A stretch of 64,000 bases of DNA from Novakomyces olei. Taxonomy: Eukaryota. Location: NCBI GenBank assembly GCA_016906335.1, contig JADEYG010000001.1, positions 682,001 through 746,000 on the forward strand. Reading direction: 5' to 3'. This document shows, one piece after another, positions 60,712 to 64,000 of the stretch. The translations under genes and the position numbers were made by a program. How positions within the stretch are numbered: the stretch's first letter is position 1; each line of letters starts with the position of its first letter. The notes beneath the pieces were generated by a model. It had not been told where the DNA came from. It was given only the letters and a program-made list of their open reading frames with translations, and made no database searches.

Positions 60712-62816
60712 CTAGGCCATTCTACTTCCACCATTAGACATCAAGACCAGCTTCTTTGGCTTCTTCTTGCCCCGTTTCCGACTAAACGCCTGGCCGCCTT
60801 CAATAGTATGTTGCTCTAATTGAGCAGATAGATCTTGCTGCAAGATGCGGTCCCATTCATCCAGTTCCTCATGAGAATCCCTCGTATGCACAGCCGGTGT
60901 CCCCCAAACAGTAGTCTTATGATTAGCCTCGCTTTCATCACTTTCCCCAGCTTGGTGAGACTCGTCGGCATTCGTGGACAGCTCGGGCAACTCCTCCATA
61001 CTAACTCCGTCTCGATGGTAGTGAGACCCGTGATCGGTGTCGTTTATATACTGATCCAAATGGCCTCCGCCAGATGCAACGGCGTACCCTGTACGCTGAT
61101 GGCCCTGTGCTGTTTGCCAAAGCTTGCGTTCCTCTTCCAAAAGCGCCATCTTTCTCTGACGCTCTTCTCTCCGGTTTTTTTCAGCCCGGTTCTTGCTCCG
61201 CTTCGCCAGTTCTACTCCATATTTTGCCTTTGCTTCGGGAGTAATGGCTTCATGCAGAGTCCAATCGCACTCTAGAAAACTGACTTCACACCCGACAGGA
61301 AGATGGCCCAGGTACTTTACTCGCTTTCGCAAAGCATCATCCACCACGTGACCAGCAGACACAGATTCAACAGTCACTAATAGACTTGCAGGAAAAGCAG
61401 TGAAGGAGCCAAACGAATCACGGAGCACCCGAACATCCAGAGGCGACAAGTAGTGGTGAGTACCAGTCTCTGGCTGGTAAAAGCGGAACAGTTCTTCTTC
61501 TTCTTGGCTGTTTTTATTATTATTTATAATATTTGATTCTCCCAAGCTCAGTGATTCTGAAGCCTCGAGCTGAGAATAAATCTCCATACTGGCCTCTATA
61601 TCACACACAGCAGTATCGTACCACTTCCCATCGTCCTCAAACATCACCTGATCGTACCGTTTAGCTTCTTGCAGGTCTTCAATCTCACGAATTGCCTCTG
61701 CCAGCATATAGTCACTGGAGGCCTTAGCTATCCGTCCAAATTCTACGAGCCGACGGTCGTTGCTGCAGGGCACATGTGTGGAATTCCCAGCCAAATGTGG
61801 AGGCAGTGCCAGTGTAGTTCCGGGCTGCCTTACCACGAGACGCATTGCAAGTGTATCGCCCACACTAATATCCTTAATACTCTCTTTTCCCGCAGCCATC
61901 GGTACAAAAGGACGCATATCAGCCAGCTTGAAATGATCTCCACAAACAGGGCACTCTTTCCACGTTCTTTGCTGCTCAACGGGGAGAGTAGCCCCTGGAA
62001 CAATCGAGCTAGTCTTTACAACCGGCTCTGGAGCGTGCAAGAAGCGCTGAGCACAGGGCAGGCAAAAGACGTGGCCACATTTGGCAATTCTAGGTGCTGA
62101 GGGCTCTTCAGATAAACAGATGGGGCACTGGTTAGGAGAAGCGCAAGAGGCAGGAGGGCCCACTACCTGTAAAACTTGATCCCAAGGCACCAGCATATCC
62201 GGGTTACTAATCTGAGCAGAATAATCCCCACTAGGATCAACCATAAATCGGAAATTGGCATTAATGAACTTCATCTTGTCCATCGGATGATGGCCCGATC
62301 CCAGGCCAAAAGTTCGAGCCCGATTTCGAGCCATTACGGCAGCACGTGAATCGTACACTGAACCGCTTGATTCCTGCCGAGGGGGCATAGAAAAGTTCAA
62401 CAAATGGTTCAAATTCTGTTTACGTCCTTTTGAACGGTACAAGTCTTCAGCATCATATTCCATATCGTCCTCAAACCCTAATGATCTGGGCGAGTTCCGT
62501 TCCGGTTTACGATGGTTCCTGTGCTCCCGTTTACAAGACTGTGCTTGTGTATTGCGTGGACGTGCTCCGCGGCCTGCCGTGTCAGTGTCACGTTAAAAGG
62601 ACTAGAGTGTAATACGCTGAGGACGACTAGCCAAGATCTAGCTAAGATCTATCCTCAACAGCATACCAAACCCCACCAAAACTTACCCTGAGACTTGCTC
62701 GTGTCTGTGCGAGGCGCACTAGACCCAATACTCCCTGTGGGACCGGCGCCCGTACCGGCGTACGCCGAGACAAAAGCCGGAGTTGTTGTGTTTGTAAGCT
62801 TCCCGCTTTTGCTCAT
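60712..62816 (-). CDS. MAG2: RING E3 ligase Mag2/RNF10
   Basis: Motifs LNHLLNFS, FINANFRF, RING CPICL...CGHVFCLPC...CPVC, YLSPLD and KYLGHLP, with a KKPKKLVLMSNGG end. The 5' exon (62816-62687) is in frame through one intron. Confidence 0.9.
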
Positions 62817-63456
62817 AGCTGGCGCCTGGACGAGGCAAAAGAGCAGGAAAGTTCTTGGCTTCCAGAAACGATAAATGTACTAGAGCCAGGCGGCGGCCTC
62901 TAAACTTTCTAGACTAGTCTCTCAACGGCCACGTCGTCCTCAAAGGCACTCGGGCTTCTGAGGCTTCTCCCCGCGAGGTGAGCTTGAGTCTTGTTACTAT
63001 ACCGCACGTACGCTCTGCGTGTAGGCTTACTTGGTTTGTGGAAGTAGTAATATTTATTTATTTATATATTTTTTATATTCTATATATTCTGGTAATACCA
63101 TCGTGACATTATGTATGTAATATCTGAACAACAGTATCTAGATCGAGACACTTGATACCACTCTATATGGAATCATGTTTGGTGTTATGATTAGGGTTAG
63201 GATTAACATTGCCGTTTGATACCCCATACTTTACAATCATCTATACAGTGAGTGGCCGTAGAAGGCGACACAGCGATAGCAAACAGCGGTATTGAGGATA
63301 GTTGAGCACCGGAAAAGGCAGAACAGCAACCACACCGAGCGCAAGAGCAGTGTTAAAAGACGTATATCTGGACCAGAAACTTCCCAATACTGTGCTTGAC
63401 CGTTGGGGCCAAAGATCCTGTGCATTTCTGATAGTATATGTTACGGCACACACGTT

Positions 63457-64000
63457 ATGGAGACACTGCCGCTCGTGAGGCTGCCGCTGCCGGCCGTACT
63501 GTTTCCTAATCTCACTATGCGCTTCAGCGTAGACGCTGAGACTTTCCATCGCCTAGAGACAGCTCCGCTGTGTGCCTGTGTCCCGAACGCGGGGAACAAG
63601 ACAGAGGAACTGTTCCATACGGGCTGTGTAGCCCGAGTCTTGCGCGTGGAAAAGGCAGAGGAGTACAGTGTCGCTGTGCAAGGTAAGAGTATGGTTTGAG
63701 GATCAGCTAATGACGGTGTACAGGAAAGTACAGAGCAGAGATTGAAGCGGAGAAGGACGGTGAAGTATCTGTCCTGCCGGTAAAAGACGGTACGTTTGAT
63801 ATTGGTGGTTTGTCTACAGTCAAACGCTGCGACCGAGTACTCTCAGGTGCAGTCTTGACGGGCTTATTTATTTTCTCTGCTTTAGTTTTTTCTGTTTTGG
63901 TTTTATTTGCCAAATTAATCACAACAGACGCAAGCGATGTTTCTGCAGCAGTGCGGGATTTATTGGAACAGTTTCGTCGAATTATTCGTATTCTTGTCCT
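63457..64000 (+). CDS. Lon protease N-terminal domain (peroxisomal LonP2-like), truncated by the right edge
   Basis: LPLVRLPLPAVLFP...ACVP...LFHTGCVARV...VAVQG, followed by a 41-nt intron (63683-63723). Only the N-domain is visible. Confidence 0.6.

Overview
Gene-dense, intron-rich fungal (ascomycete) nuclear DNA read with the standard genetic code; CTG encodes conserved Leu in RET1. I can support 22 protein-coding genes: GCN1 (truncated by the left edge), an intronless ExoIII/AP endonuclease, a secreted GH37 trehalase, RasB/Ras2, Ctp1/Sae2, an MFS quinate/sugar permease, a hypothetical protein, an alcohol acetyltransferase, a Zn2Cys6 factor, 5-oxoprolinase, mitochondrial SHMT, the Pol III second-largest subunit, a Puf4/5-type Pumilio, a Mit1-like remodeller, a CAP/PRY protein, NCE101, a cyclophilin-RRM protein, PIG-H, an ALDH10-like dehydrogenase, a mitochondrial-carrier-like protein, Mag2/RNF10 and a Lon-type protease (truncated by the right edge). 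GCN1 and NCE101 are missing from the ORF track. Gene content and very short introns suggest an early-diverging ascomycete (Taphrinomycotina or a basal yeast lineage); this is an inference. The most unusual signals concern splicing: an obligatory 2-nt micro-exon in the Ras gene, 35-46-nt introns, and roughly 30% AAG (plus one GAG) 3' splice sites. TTAGGG motifs recur in at least 8 promoters and inside the RET1 CDS, and an array with a palindromic core and variable spacers lies in the OXP1 3' region. No tRNA, rRNA, transposon or CRISPR could be supported. All gene models were built by eye, without transcript data or database searches.
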